The position numbers and the translations under genes were made by a program. Below, in pieces: positions 11,536-24,619 of a DNA stretch of 64,000 nt. Position 1 is the first letter of the stretch. Each line of letters starts with the position of its first letter. The notes under the pieces were generated by a model. That model did not search any database and had not been told where the DNA came from. It worked only from the letters and a program-made list of their open reading frames with translations. Source of the DNA: Haliotis rufescens (taxonomy: Eukaryota); assembly GCF_023055435.1 (NCBI RefSeq), contig NW_025964389.1:372001-436000 (forward strand), given 5' to 3'.

Positions 11536-12498
11536 TCTGAACGCCAGGTTAAACCCCATTCAACAGTACACCAATCTCTGAAATCAACGTATATGTGTTT
11601 ACCCATACGGAATAGAGCATCATTTAAACAACACGATGACGCACACAGATGCTCCACAAGACTATAGCGAAACATGAAATGGCCATGCAACAAGAAAAAT
11701 AAATTCTCGAGAAAAGCCAAGCTTGTCCACGTGTGGGCTGGTAAGCACTAGTAGTGGGTTGTGGCTAATACTGAAGTGGGTGGAGGACTGAGCGTGTGGT
11801 AACAGACTGTCGTAGATGAAACCAATAGACGAGAACATTGACGTCATGACCTCGCAGACACAGAAAACAAAACACAACGACTGGTGATTCATAGATGATC
11901 CCTTACGTCAGTAAGACGACATGATCCAGTTTTAGCAGGTTTTAGGCAGCATGGCCTTGTGTTCTTTTGAAATGACAAATATGCATGGCTTGCCTTGACG
12001 TCTTACGCAGCACCTCACAGTTATCACAAACAGCTATACCTTACACTGGTTTCCACTGTGTCAGCAACTTATTGAAAACCAATGCCCAGCGTTCCTCAAA
12101 AGCATCGTAGATCTACGAACTTTAGAGCTCTTACGGTTTGTAGCATGGGTCCCTGGGCAGTTCCTTGTAAATAGAATATTGGGAATCCATATGTGGAACC
12201 GGTAAATATTGGTTTTGATGTCCGTTTTTTTAACCATTTTGGGGGAGGTTTTGTGAAAACTTTAAAAAGTAGTTTGAAGGAGGTGAAACTCTTCCAGTTA
12301 AACGATTGGTACCGACAGGGGTATGCTTGTTTAAACACTTAGCCATATAATCATAGTCATATGACTTGAGGGTTACTGAAATCTATCCCAATATCAACGA
12401 CCTTCACTCAACATCTGGAATACACAGTACATGTATACAGACACATATATCATCATCTTTTCTGATAGGAGACAGAAAGCGGGTATTTTAGGGATATA

Positions 12499-12673
12499 CA
12501 CTAAATTAAGGTTAAAACGAACTCAAATGAATCTCTATTTTCAGTTCGTTATAACCGTACTTCGTTATAAGCATATATACAGCTTATAGACAGCAAATGG
12601 CCGAGACTAAAAAAACGGTTCGTTATATCCGTCAGTTCGTTATAAGCGTGTTCGTTATAGACGCAGTTTACTG
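12499..12673. mobile_element. pogo/Tigger-type MITE, same family as 7229-7404, opposite orientation
   Basis: Ends ...GTTCGTTATAGACGCAGTTTACTG-TA; same internal subrepeats. Confidence 0.85.
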
Positions 12674-13064
12674 TACAAAGCATATACCGTGAACGAAGGG
12701 AAATTTAATGCTTCCAACACTTTTTGGAACAGATTACTTCTGACAAGAATATCTAGCCTCCGAGCCCCTCTCCCCATCCCACCCCATCCCCCACCCCAAA
12801 ACCCTGACAATGTGGGTCCAAATATCATTTTCGCTCCGATAATGAATCTTAGTCTGTTAACACTACACCGAAACTCGGACTAAATCGGAAGACGTCTATC
12901 ACCTGTGTCCTTTCACAACGCTGTGAACAAACAAAAACGGCGTAAAATCCCATTCACTCATACTGAAATAAAAATTATTATGTTCTGAATTCCATACTAT
13001 TTCCAATGACATTCGACAAAAATCTCAAACAAAAACTCAGTTTACGACAATTCACGGAACTTAC

Positions 13065-13185
13065 CGAGCGCAGGGACACGAGCGCCGTTATGATAATATT
13101 TTGTACCTAATAATTAATAACGAAATGTGAGACACGGGTGCCTTCTTCCCGTAATTACCTGACGTAGGGGGAAAGAGTATTTATA
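13065..13185 (-). promoter_or_regulatory. Candidate core promoter (TATAAATA) and non-coding first exon of the TSP1/LDLa gene
   Basis: Minus-strand TATAAATA at 13185-13178. Consensus donor CG|GTAAGT at 13064, about 90 nt after the expected TSS. The ATG exon has an acceptor 7 nt upstream of the ATG, so it needs an upstream exon. Confidence 0.6.
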
Positions 13186-14346
13186 GGTCGTCCACTGATA
13201 TGTAGGTGACAGTGATCGATATTCTGAGTCATCTAGAAATTGCATTTGTCTATATATACACACATATATTGACCAATATGGACATACATAGCCGCAGGAA
13301 TGCGACCGCGTGACTGTTGACTGTAGAGCTACTTTGTACTCGGTTGTCGCGTGTCACTTATCTTTCAAAAAGGAGTTTTTCAATCTTGAAATTTATTGGC
13401 AAAGGAACCTCTTGACGTTTAATGTAGATTTCTACCGCAGCACAAATATGATGTGGACTAACAGCCAATGTTGTTTTTTCACAAAATACACAAAACAACA
13501 AATCGTGATGTCAGAAGAGCGTTGCAGCCATATTTACATTAAATGGCCTTGGTAGGATCGTTAACATATCGACCGACGTATCGGGGGACACAAATAAGAA
13601 GTTCAGGATTGTGCAGATATGTTATATATTGAAACGAAGAACGGGTGAAGTGAAAAAACTGTGTGCTTAACGACCAGGACCGGAGTTTATTGTAAGAATT
13701 CATAAATCTGAGATATGTAACACACGTCCGTCATGGCAAACTTACTATTTATATTGCATGATTTTGTGTGTGTGCTACGGCAACCGGCTGGAGGGGTTTA
13801 TTACTTGAGGGCATCATGGGTATCGATTTATTGACTTATATGATAATATAATATCAATATATGGCACAAATGTCGCTCTACATTATCGATAGTGGCAACA
13901 GACGTTAACAGATTAAAACGATATTGTTGATCGTTAACGGTTTTATTCGTTTGGATCCAAACTAAACCTTGTTTTGAGGGACGTGTGTGTATCGTTCCCC
14001 CAGAGAGCGAGTGAGTCCAAATTTTGAGTCATATCGGCAGTATTTCATCCATATCGTGACAATAAAAAGTTATACATCAACAAAAACAAAAACGTAACTT
14101 TATACCAAACAACAACAAACCAAGGGTACCTCCCGTTTCTCCTCATCTTCCCCTGCAACCTGCCCCCTGATTCGGTGTGTATTTTAAGACTAGTCGCATA
14201 AAACAAAGACAACAATTTATGGTATACTGCAGTGCTATTTCAAGCATATATAATATCTTGTGACGGTGTAAAACGTAGCTCAAGATACTAACCATCGGTT
14301 TTCATAGTTGGAATATTGAAGACGTAAACAACATTTGGTTGACTCC

Positions 14347-14507
14347 GGGAAAGGTTGCTAGCTTAGTGGTGAAAGCGTTCGCTAGTCGTGACAAAGACCT
14401 GTGTTCGACTCCACACATGGGTGTAATTTGTGAAGCCTATTTCTGGTGTGCCTGCCGGATATGACCGGGACAGTGCGGCATATAATCCTACTCACTCACT
14501 AACTCAC
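14347..14507 (+). mobile_element. SINE family C, diverged
   Basis: tRNA-like head, CATGGGT..TGTGAAGCC body, (ACTC)n tail. Confidence 0.8.
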
Positions 14508-15075
14508 TTTAGTCGATTAAAAACATCAACACATTAAAGAGTTCAAAATACGGTAAAACACGCAAAAGCCATTATATATATTCTTTAGTTGCTTACGTGA
14601 AAATGCGTTATAAGTTATAAAAGTCCAATAGTTTAAAAACACTGCGTAATTATCCCTTGTATCATTTTCAACTTGCCTGCACATCGGGTTTTACATGTAG
14701 TTATTTACTAATTAAATGCACGCATCACACACACGTGAACATTTACTGCATTGTCCTAGAGTGATAACCAGACATGCGTATCGCTCCAGTGGGTTTACAC
14801 ACTTGGGGCATTACCTAAACATACAAACAACCACGTCACCCGAAGCAGCATTTCAAGATGCATTATTCTAAAAAGATCTCCTCGTTAGGTGCAAAAGTAT
14901 CCAATAGTCTGGACACAAGGGAGTAAAAGCTCCCCCCCACGAATGATAACTTGTGAGTAGATACCCAACTACTAAAAAACTTATCTTGATCCCTCAGTGC
15001 AATACAGGATAAGGATCATATTGTCACATAAAACGAGTGAAAAATACCCTCTAAATAAATAGTCACGCCTTATTC

Positions 15076-15226
15076 GGACGGTGGGATAGCCTCGTGCGTT
15101 CGCTCGTCACCCCAAATGCCCGGGTTCGATACCGCACATGGGTACAATGTGTGGAGCCCATTTGAGGTGTCCCCCGCCGTGACATTGCTGGAATATTGCT
15201 AAAAGCGGCTTAAAATTCTACTCACT
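15076..15226 (+). mobile_element. SINE family C
   Basis: B box GGTTCGATACC, shared tail, flanking ACGCCTTA duplication. Confidence 0.85.
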
Positions 15227-15751
15227 ACGCCTTACCTGGCGTTATATCAGCAGTATCTACACCCCAATCTTTAAGGAATGATGACGGAATTGCACCAAAG
15301 GCAAATATATCAAAATAGCACAAAAGCTTACACGTGATTTTTACATACGCTAAACCTCCTGAGGACTTGTCATTTCAAATCACCAAGACGTATAAAATCG
15401 TATACTGGCGCAGCGATATGACAATGAAAGAGAGGACACTGAATAATGATTCGCATTCATATCACGTCCCATCGCGCATGGTTAGGCCGTGCCACGTTAT
15501 AGAAAAACACGTCGTTGCGGAGCTTGGCTTTTCAAAAGCGGCTAGTCAAAAGACACACAACAGTTGTCAGAAGAAAGTCAGTTGAGCTGAACCAGTTTGT
15601 ATGGTTTTTTTTATGAAGTTGCAGTATACATTATCATACATAATATCCAACTTTGATACACGTTATCCGCATCGATGAACATCTTCAACGCGATGCTGGC
15701 TCTGATTTGGAATCTATTTTGGGGGGGGGTCCAGTCGAATCTCGCTTATCC

Positions 15752-16261
15752 CATCTTCCCGAGGCAAGAGAGTTAACTGAGTTTAAAAGTCTGTTCCCAC
15801 CCTTGCCAAACTTGGCTGGAATTCCTGGCTCGATCGTAGTGCCACCAGTGGTTATTACGAGTTATGTCCCTTCGAAGCCTCTCCTATGGGCCAATCAGAT
15901 TCCACCTCTCGTATCACTTGCATTTCTTTCAGACAAAATGGCGGCGCCCTGTCAAGACGATCTGATCGATAATCAACATCTATATTGTGATAAAACGGGT
16001 CTTACATCGCGAAGTGCATCGAATCACGTGAGCATACTTGTTGACAACGAGTTGGCTGTGCACATGCATTGCAAATCCTGCAATCGACCGAAATCTGCAT
16101 GACTGTTTACTAACTGGATTTCGATTTCGTTGCGCGATTTTTATTGGACAATGCATAGACTCGTTAGTCCAGCCAAAATGTAACTCCATAATACCAGCCC
16201 AGTTCGGCAAGGGTGGAATCTGACTTTTGTAGTCAGTTAACTCTCTTGCCTCGGGAAGATG
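15752..16261. mobile_element. 510-bp non-autonomous DNA transposon with long TIRs and 9-bp TSD (MULE- or Academ-like)
   Basis: Perfect 29-bp terminal match CATCTTCCCGAGGCAAGAGAGTTAACTGA, extending imperfectly to about 75 bp. TSD CGCTTATCC/CGCTTATTC. Confidence 0.88.
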
Positions 16262-17604
16262 CGCTTATTCGGACACTTGCGTCTTCTCCAATATTCTCCG
16301 GACAAACGAGTTTCCGGAAATCTAGATCCCTTAGACTGCCCTGCATAACATAGAACTAAATTTCACTTAATTAAATAATAACCCTCCGGTTTAATCACCT
16401 ATAGAGAACATGGGTTTCTTAAAAAGTTGAATTGTGCGGAAAGAAACTATCGACTTGAAACAGCCTGAAGAAACGTTCCATATTTTTACAGCGACCTCTG
16501 TTTGTGATTCAAGTTTTGCCACACACCAACTGGGGTAGAATGACTGGTTGCCGCACATAATAGTTAAATCCTCAATTTTCGTATAAGCTCGTAAGTCCCA
16601 CTAAGGACATCTGAAACATATTCTTGGTTGTCAGCACCCACTGACCCTGAAGATTTCTGTTATTTCTTGGCATTATTCTTACATTCAGATTCCGGTTCAT
16701 TTCAGTAATTGTACATTCCGAAGTTGCACTTTTTTACCCACCCTCCTGACGACCACGAAGCGATTTCGTTCGTAATTGTGCAAATCAGGAACGTCTTTAT
16801 AGTGTTGTTAAACTGTCTCCAACTGGTAAAATAATGAACGTATGTTGAGTGATTGGGAAATCGGACTAAAAACGTGAAACTAAACTAAAAACCAAACCTA
16901 CCCATGAGAAACAAGAATATGTTTATTTGGCCTAAGGTACAAAATAACTTTTATTCTATTTTGTACAATAATTGTATTTAGCATTTTCAAGCGGTTCTTA
17001 AAGATAATTTACATCGAATCAAATATACAGTTCTCTCAATCAATTACGTTGAATGCATGTTTCAAAAGAAATTTTAAATTGGTGCCACTAAGTTTCTTCC
17101 AACTTCGTGGATTACAAACTTCTTCAAATGTTTCGCTAAGGACACGTTACTTCAAAGCGCCATTTCCTAGCTGGTAAAAGACTTTTGAACCCCAAGCAGT
17201 GTTAATTTTGTAGTCGATGTAATTTTTAAGTTCGCACAAAATAAGTTTACTTTCTCTCCGATCATAAAGACATATGTTTTCGACATTTTCAAATCGTGTC
17301 ATCATAAAGTCGGGTCGAAGGCTGTCGGAACCCATGGCGTCCTGGTCACTGCAGACTGGGTCGTTAGCACGTAACAATAAATTGTGAAGATATCATACCA
17401 ATCATTAATAATTGCTGTTATTCCCATCGATTCCCCTATTATCGATATAACCAGCCGGACTTCTCACAGGCACCTTCCATGGATTCTCACAGCTGCAGCT
17501 GTTTCGCTAACTCTATTAATTCCCTCAAGTCGCAATCCTATCATAATTGTTTTAGTTATATCTGACTATCGGTACAACTTTTCATGCTCTTCTTGAGGCA
17601 TATC

Positions 17605-17605
<1 letters not shown>

Positions 17606-17648
<43 letters not shown>
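17606..17648. repeat. (GT)n microsatellite
   Basis: Seen directly. Confidence 0.98.
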
Positions 17649-17650
<2 letters not shown>

Positions 17651-18000
17651 CAGTTATACACGCTATATTTATATCACAAGAAACGTACATCCATGTAACG
17701 TATTTTCACTACAATTGACTAAACCTACTGTGAACCTCTGAACCTGATGTACAACCCTTTGAAAGGAATAAAAAATGTCAACAACAAAAAACTCCCTCCT
17801 GTCAGTTACCTCAGCTATACTCTGTATATTCTTAGAATCATTGATTTGTGATTATAAAATAATTAATTAAACGAATCAGTTTTCTCTCTCTAAGAATTTG
17901 ATCATAATTGCTGGTATTTTTACCATTAAATTAGACTTTAAACAGGGAGATTCATAATAACTACATATAATTAACTGCAATAATAATACACGAGGATAGT

Positions 18001-18168
18001 GAGTGAGTGAGTATGGTTTTACGCCGCTTTTAGCAATATTCCAGCAATATCAAGGCGGGGAACACAAGCAATGGGCTTCACACATTGTACCCATGTCGGG
18101 ATTTGAACCCGGGTCTTCGGCGTTACGAGCGAACGCTTTAACCACTAGCTAGGCTACCCGACCGCCCT
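18001..18168 (-). mobile_element. SINE family C, full length
   Basis: 12-bp TSD CACGAGGATAGT/CACGGGGATAGT, A and B boxes, shared tail. Confidence 0.92.
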
Positions 18169-18419
18169 CACGGGGATAGTTGATTAACGGACACAACTCC
18201 ATTGCTGATGTACGCTGTCCTTGACATAAAATGACGCTGACGTACGCTAACTCTTACAAACGCTAACGTACGTGGACGTATACGTATCTTGACGTACGCT
18301 GACGTACCATGAATACCTCAAAAGCCAATGGACCTTGACGTACGCTGATTCCGACGAACGTAAACGTGAACGTACATAAACTTTTAATTCGACGTAGATG
18401 ACGTAGATACCAAGATATA

Positions 18420-18676
18420 CGATCCGGGGTAAAATAGGTCTTCAGCAACCCATGCTTGCCGTAAAAGGCGATTATGCTTGTCGTAAGAGGCGACTAACGG
18501 GATCGGGTGGTAAGGCTCGCTGACTTGGTTGATGCATGTCATCGTATCCCAATTGCGTGGATCGATGCTCATGATGTCAACCACTGGATTGTCTGATCCA
18601 GGCTCGATTATTTACAAACCGCCGTCATATAGCTGAAATATTGCTGAGTGCGGCGTTAAACAACAAACAAACAAAC
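18420..18676 (+). mobile_element. SINE-like family B
   Basis: Runs from GATCCGGGGTAAAATAGG to (AAAC)n; carries the duplicated hairpin module. Confidence 0.9.
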
Positions 18677-18698
18677 ACTACTCGCCCCTTACAGTACT

Positions 18699-18851
18699 GA
18701 TTGAGTGTGCCGCTTTCAGCAAAATTCCAGCAATATCACGGCGGGGGACACCAGAAATGGGCTTCACACATTGTACCCATGTCGGGAATCGAACCCGGAT
18801 CGTCGGCGTTACGAGCGAACGCTTTAACCACTGGGCTACCCGACCGCCCCG
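18699..18851 (-). mobile_element. SINE family C
   Basis: Matches the 52878-53046 copy. Confidence 0.88.
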
Positions 18852-20684
18852 TCCCATACAGTAACCTACACCGCAATCACACGAGTGGTCGCGAATGAGT
18901 TAAAGGGACTGACACGACGTGAATCATCTGTGCTGCAATGTGTATGCAAGAGCACTCTCTCAAGGCCTGTCCTTCAGTATCCGGAACATAAGACTGTCTA
19001 CTGCATACCGACAACACTTCCCCGCGACGTCACACTATTGTTGTTTAGCTTATTCTGAGCCAGGAATTCACCGGCATTTTCGAACAAACTTTACACACGT
19101 TAAACTGACGCAACTACAAGTTATAGAGGAAGTTTATACACATCGTTACATGGCTGTAGGCTTTGGTTCCACCTCCAGAACCAGAGTCTCATGAGTCACA
19201 GTTGGAACTTCATCAAAGGTCAAGGTCCACATTCAAATTTCTCAGTAATTTCCTGTAATTGTGTATCCAGCACGACACTAAATATGGTAATGATGATGCA
19301 TTGGGTAGTTGATGACCCAACACTTACTGCAACCATCCTCAGTGTATAGTGTACGTGTGTGTCTAGTGAAAAACAACTCTTGCTCTGAACATGATTTGTA
19401 GATCCGTGTTGGCTTTTGTTCGCAAAAGGAAATATTTAACATTGTAACTGAGGGACTGGTAATTTTATATTGGGGTTTGAGGTTTGAGGTTTGGGGTTTG
19501 GGGTTTGGGGTTTGGTTGAGAGATTGGTCCTAGGACTGTAACATATTTGGCACCGCATACATGTGCATAAAGTACATTAGATAGGTTAAATGTCTTAATC
19601 AAACGTTTTCGACGTATCGGCGATAAGTCATTGCTGGTCTCCTCAATATGCTCCAACACACGTTGACACGTGTTATGTAAGTTTACTTTAAACCCTGTTC
19701 GGTACAGAAACCTCGTTAGACAGGACCCGTCATTCCGGAAGTCCGTTGGTCCGGAATCCTCGCCTCGCCAACCATTAAAGCTACATTTACAATAATTGTG
19801 AATACCTAATTCCCATGGGATCATCCAGTGATTCACGACTAAACTCATGAACATACTGAATTACTTTATCTGTACAAAACTCCTCATAGAAATCCTGAAT
19901 GAAAATACTGACGCGTCGACTACCGTTAGACTGATGAGAAAACATTTCTGTGAGCACCGCATGTTGTTCACATTAGCACCAACCCTAATTGCAATTTGTA
20001 CAGGTGTATTATCCTAAACAAAACGTTGTTTCTAATCAAATCTAGGAAGTATCGATCTTGATTGATTGGTAAGGCAACGTGAGAGCCGGACGTCCATGTC
20101 GCCACCGTGGACGTAGATTATCTGGTTCTGTAAGTGTTGAAACAGTCACAATTCGTGTGTAGTTAGGGGTAATTTTCTACGGTATTGATAACCGTACTTC
20201 AACTTGTGACTATTAATTAACATCATCGTGTTGCCTCTCGCTGAATTAATGACTGGGATGTCGGGCGACATGTCGAAAGACAACTGATAACAACGTGTTT
20301 GAAAGAAATTAATTTCCCTCAAGCTGGGAGATCGGATTTATTAGTACGGTATTATTAGTTTGAGGCTTTCTGGTATCATTATTATCGTTTGTGCTCACAT
20401 TAACTAACTGCTGATCAAACGAAAATATATATCATAATAACTTATGATACTGATCACACGAAAGCAGTATCTAAAAAAAATGTAATTCGGTGAAGATATT
20501 GTTGTTACCCGGCTCTTATTGGAGAATTCAAATACTCGATTCTCCATTGTCAGCGAATATTTACGAATTAGATACAGTATTTCTAGAACTTAGTTGTTGT
20601 GGGAATAAATAAACTCCTATTCGTCTGTCAATATCACGTTACCGTGTGAGAGTCATCAAGCGATAGATATTGATCGAGTAGCTT

Positions 20685-20955
20685 TCTTGTTTTGTTTGTT
20701 TGTTTTTGTTTGTTTTGTTTGTTTAATGCCGCACTCGGCAATATTCCAGCTTTATGACGGCGGTCTGTAAACAATCGAGTGTGGACCAGACAATCCAGTG
20801 ATTGACATCATGAGCATACATCGATGACATACATCAAACAAGTCAACGAGCCTGACCACCCGATCCGGTTAGTTGCGTCTCATGACAACCATAGTCACCT
20901 TTTACGGCAAGAATGGGTTGCTGAAGACCTATTGTAGCCAGGATCTTCACGGATC
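20685..20955 (-). mobile_element. SINE-like family B
   Basis: Colinear with the family B consensus. Confidence 0.88.
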
Positions 20956-21027
20956 TTCCCGTTGTGGTACTGAAGAATTAACTGCGTTTAATTGAATTGT
21001 GAACTAAAGGTCTATCTCTGCACTTAC

Positions 21028-21243
21028 CACGCCGCTTCTAACAGTATTCCAGTTATATCACGGCATGTCAGCTTAATGTGGGAGGAAAGCCCGAAGTGAT
21101 GCAGGTCTCAGACGTTTACCACTTCGGTGAAACCCACGAGCACAGGTATGGTGCTGACAAACCTAGAAACATAATCGGCGCGAACCGAGATTCGAACCCA
21201 CAATCGTAGGTTTCTTGCGAAGCCAAGGCATGCAACTCTGCAG
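21028..21243 (-). mobile_element. SINE family A, truncated at both ends
   Basis: Body matches family A; the microsatellite tail is replaced by a 65-bp cassette. Confidence 0.88.
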
Positions 21244-22223
21244 TTATCTCCCCTTGTTTACTATCAGTAATCTAGTTCGAATCGTAATACAAAAGCGACA
21301 TAAGATGCTGAACACCTTCCCCGTTAACTCCATCAATGCATGACGAACCGCCTCAATAAAAGCTACTTCAGTCCCCAAAGTGGGCCTAATGGAAGAGTAA
21401 TCTCCCTTGTGTCGGCAATAATCCCCATAACAAGAACGGCCTAGAAGTTTATGTTGTTATAATATGCAGCAAAGCATCTCCTCATAGTGAAGGAAAGAAG
21501 TAAAATGGCATCACTTAGCTGATAATCACAAACAGTGTCTCTAAATGCCCAAGCACTTGTAACGATTACCGAGCGATTCCAGGAAAATTAACGTCGGGAT
21601 TTAGAGTAGCCGCCCTTGGTTCTTCAGTAATTATTCGAAGTCGCGCACGTATCGGACGAAGCTCGTGTATTCACGGCGTTTATCGTGTGTATCAATGTGT
21701 CCGATGGTTATTGATTAGCAAGACAAGACCCATTAGGCTGTCCCGATAATTCATCTTTTACAAGCTTACAAAGAAAATCTGTGTATCTTATATTAAAAGT
21801 GACCTTGCTCTTAATGTTGCCACAAAGCAGCGATGAAGGATCTTGAACGACAACACGGTAAATGTCTCCCAGCTTGCCTCGCGCCGCAGGTAGCCATATT
21901 GATCTGAACGTTAGGTGGTAAATATGTCGACAGAAATGAGCTTTTGATGAGCGTGAAAGTGATTGCTTTGAATCTCGTCGAGTGTTCAACAGGTACTCTC
22001 ATTTGTAAAGCGTTTTCAAAACGAGACAATTACAGACTCAATGCTTAGCTTTGGCAAATAAATCTAAATCGAAACAAACAATACATGGGGGTGTTTCTTG
22101 AAAGACAACACTAAATCGAAACAGAAACAAGAAGGAAAGACTATTGCTTTATCTGACACACGAACGGTGACGTAACTCAAGAGCGGGAAACTGATCAATA
22201 GATTCCGGGTCACAAGTATCCTT

Positions 22224-23240
22224 ACTTGTCACAGTACCATTCTCGTCACAGTACCATATTTGTCACAGTATCTATACTTGTCACAGTACCATACTTGTCA
22301 CAGAACCATTCTTGTCACAGTACCATGCTTGTCACAGTACCATGCTTGTCACAGTACCATGCTTGTCACAGTACCATGCTGGACAAAGTACCATACTTGT
22401 TATAGTATCAATGCTTGTCACAGTATCTATGCTTGTCACAGAACCATGCTTGTCACAGTACCATACTTGTCACAGTACCATGCTTGTCACAGTACCATGC
22501 TTGTCACAGTACCATACTTGTCACAGTACCATGCTGGACACAGTACCATACTTGTCACAGAACCATGCTTGTCACAGAAACATGCTTGTCACAGTACCAT
22601 GCTTGTCACAGTACCATGCTTGTCACAGAACCATACTTGTCACAGTACCATACTTGTCACAGAACTATACTTGTCACAGTGCCATACTTGTCACAGTACC
22701 CATACTTGTCACAGTACCATGCTGGACACAGTACCATGCTGGACACAGTACCATACTTGTCACAGTACCATGCTTGTCACAGAACCATGCTTGTCACAGT
22801 ACCATACTTGTCACAGAACCATGCTTGTCACAGTACCATACTTGTCACAGTACCATACTTGTCACAGTACAATGCTTGTCACAGAACCATACTTGTCACA
22901 GTACCATACTTGTCACAGTACAATGCTTGTCACAGAACAATACTTGTCACAGTACCATTCTTGTCACAGTACCATGCTTGTCACAGTACCATACTTGTCA
23001 CAGAACCATGCTTGTCACAGGACCATACTTGTCACAGTACAATGCTTGTCACAGAACCATACTTGTCACAGTACCATTCTTGTCACAGTACCATGCTTGT
23101 CACAGTACCATACTTGTCACAGTACCATGCTTGTCACAGTACCGTGCTTGTCACAGTACCATTCTTGTCACAGTACCCATACTTGTCACAGAACCATACT
23201 TGTCACAGTACCATACTTGAGTCAGTACCCATACCCGTAG
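22224..23240. repeat. 17-bp minisatellite CTTGTCACAGTACCATR
   Basis: About 60 units; explains the three overlapping ~300-aa ORFs. Confidence 0.97.
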
Positions 23241-24098
23241 TAATGTTTGTCACCAGAGCAGTCAAACATCAGGTGGTCATGCTCTGAGACTTTGTGGTTG
23301 GATATCCTAATGACGTGTACACATGCTGTCAGTCACTAGATTATCTGGTCTCCATCACTCAGGGAAACACATGGGCTTCACACAGTACAAGGCTGGGAAC
23401 CGAGCCAGATTCTGGTGGGAGACGAGTCCATAGAACCATCATGCTGAAGCAAGGTGCGTACTTTCTTCCTTACACCACGCCACATTATTCCACGGCTGTC
23501 AGTAAATACACGAATCTGGACAAAACAAACTGGTGATTATGTATATATTTATTCAATAGTGAGTCACCGATCAGACCACCCGATCCTTCTCGTCACCACA
23601 AACCCAGAATACCAACCAGAGGAGCAAGGTTTGAAAGGGGTGAATGTACACTATATTTGGTCCACACAACCAGCCATTACAGGTACTGGCATGAAACAGT
23701 GTTCAGTCACACGATAACCTTTTCAAAACAAAGTATGTTATCTTTCACATATACAGCATAGGCAACACACTACACAACTCTCAAACCGGTTATACAAGTC
23801 TACAGAGCTGATCATTAGGGTGATGTGGTCAGCAGAAGGGACTCACGGGAAAGTATCGACTTCACTATTGTTATCGTGGGTTCGAAAGAACTACGATGCT
23901 GAGAGGTATTTTCGTTCGGCCACATCCCGATATATTGATCATTAGCAACAGTCGTCCGGCCAGCAGTACCTTATTGGACCACTGGAGCGTGACGAACAAA
24001 GAATTCCTGTATGGACGCGCACCATGCCACCTTCAGGTGTTTACACTGCTCACAGTTAAGTTAAGGAGCACCCGATTTTGTTCATATGGCTATGGACT

Positions 24099-24440
24099 GC
24101 CTCCGTGGTATAGTGGTAGAGCGTCCGCCCGGAGAGAATGTCCGGGGTTCGATCCCAGGCCGCGTCATACCACAAGACGTTAAAAGATGGTACTTGTTGT
24201 TACCCTGTCTGGCGCTCGGCATTAAGGCGCTAAAACAAGGACTGGTCGGCTCGGAGTCAGTACACTGTGTCTGAGTGGGGTATTCATGTTATACTGCGGC
24301 ATGGTATCTCAGTGGGCTAAAACAAGGACTGGTTGGCTCGGAGTCAGTACACTGTGTCTGAGTGGGGTATTCATGTTAAACTGCGGCATGGTACCTCAGT
24401 GTCCGGCACCAGTCCGGACCAGTACAAGCAGCCACACACA
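24099..24440 (+). mobile_element. Meta/MESC-type tRNA SINE (family D) with internal 87-bp tandem duplication
   Basis: A box TGGTATAGTGG and B box GGTTCGATCCC. Central GTCATACCACAAGACGTTAAAAGATGGTACTTG...GGCGCTCGGCATTAAGG resembles the Meta domain as I recall it. 24229-24314 is repeated at 24316-24401. Confidence 0.8.
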
Positions 24441-24619
24441 CGTGTGGGGGATGTTAGTGTCAGAATTTATTCCGAACACTCAATTAATAAACTCAAAAAG
24501 GGGGAGACAACTAATTTTTTCCCCACATCCAACGAGGCTAGCGAAAAACTTTTTGGGGAAAACCTGAGGTCAAATTAAATTTTTAACATTTTCAGGAACA
24601 AATAAAACACACACAGGTT

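Noticed and set aside
15653-16102. 149-aa ORF as a transposase or host gene
   Set aside because: It crosses the MITE boundary and has no recognisable motif.
19470-19516. Telomere-like (GGGGTTT)n tract
   Set aside because: Only about 6 imperfect units, and not the TTAGGG repeat expected in molluscs; treated as a simple repeat.
22260-23287. Three overlapping ~300-aa ORFs
   Set aside because: The 17-bp repeat cycles through all frames and gives the same peptide; an artefact.
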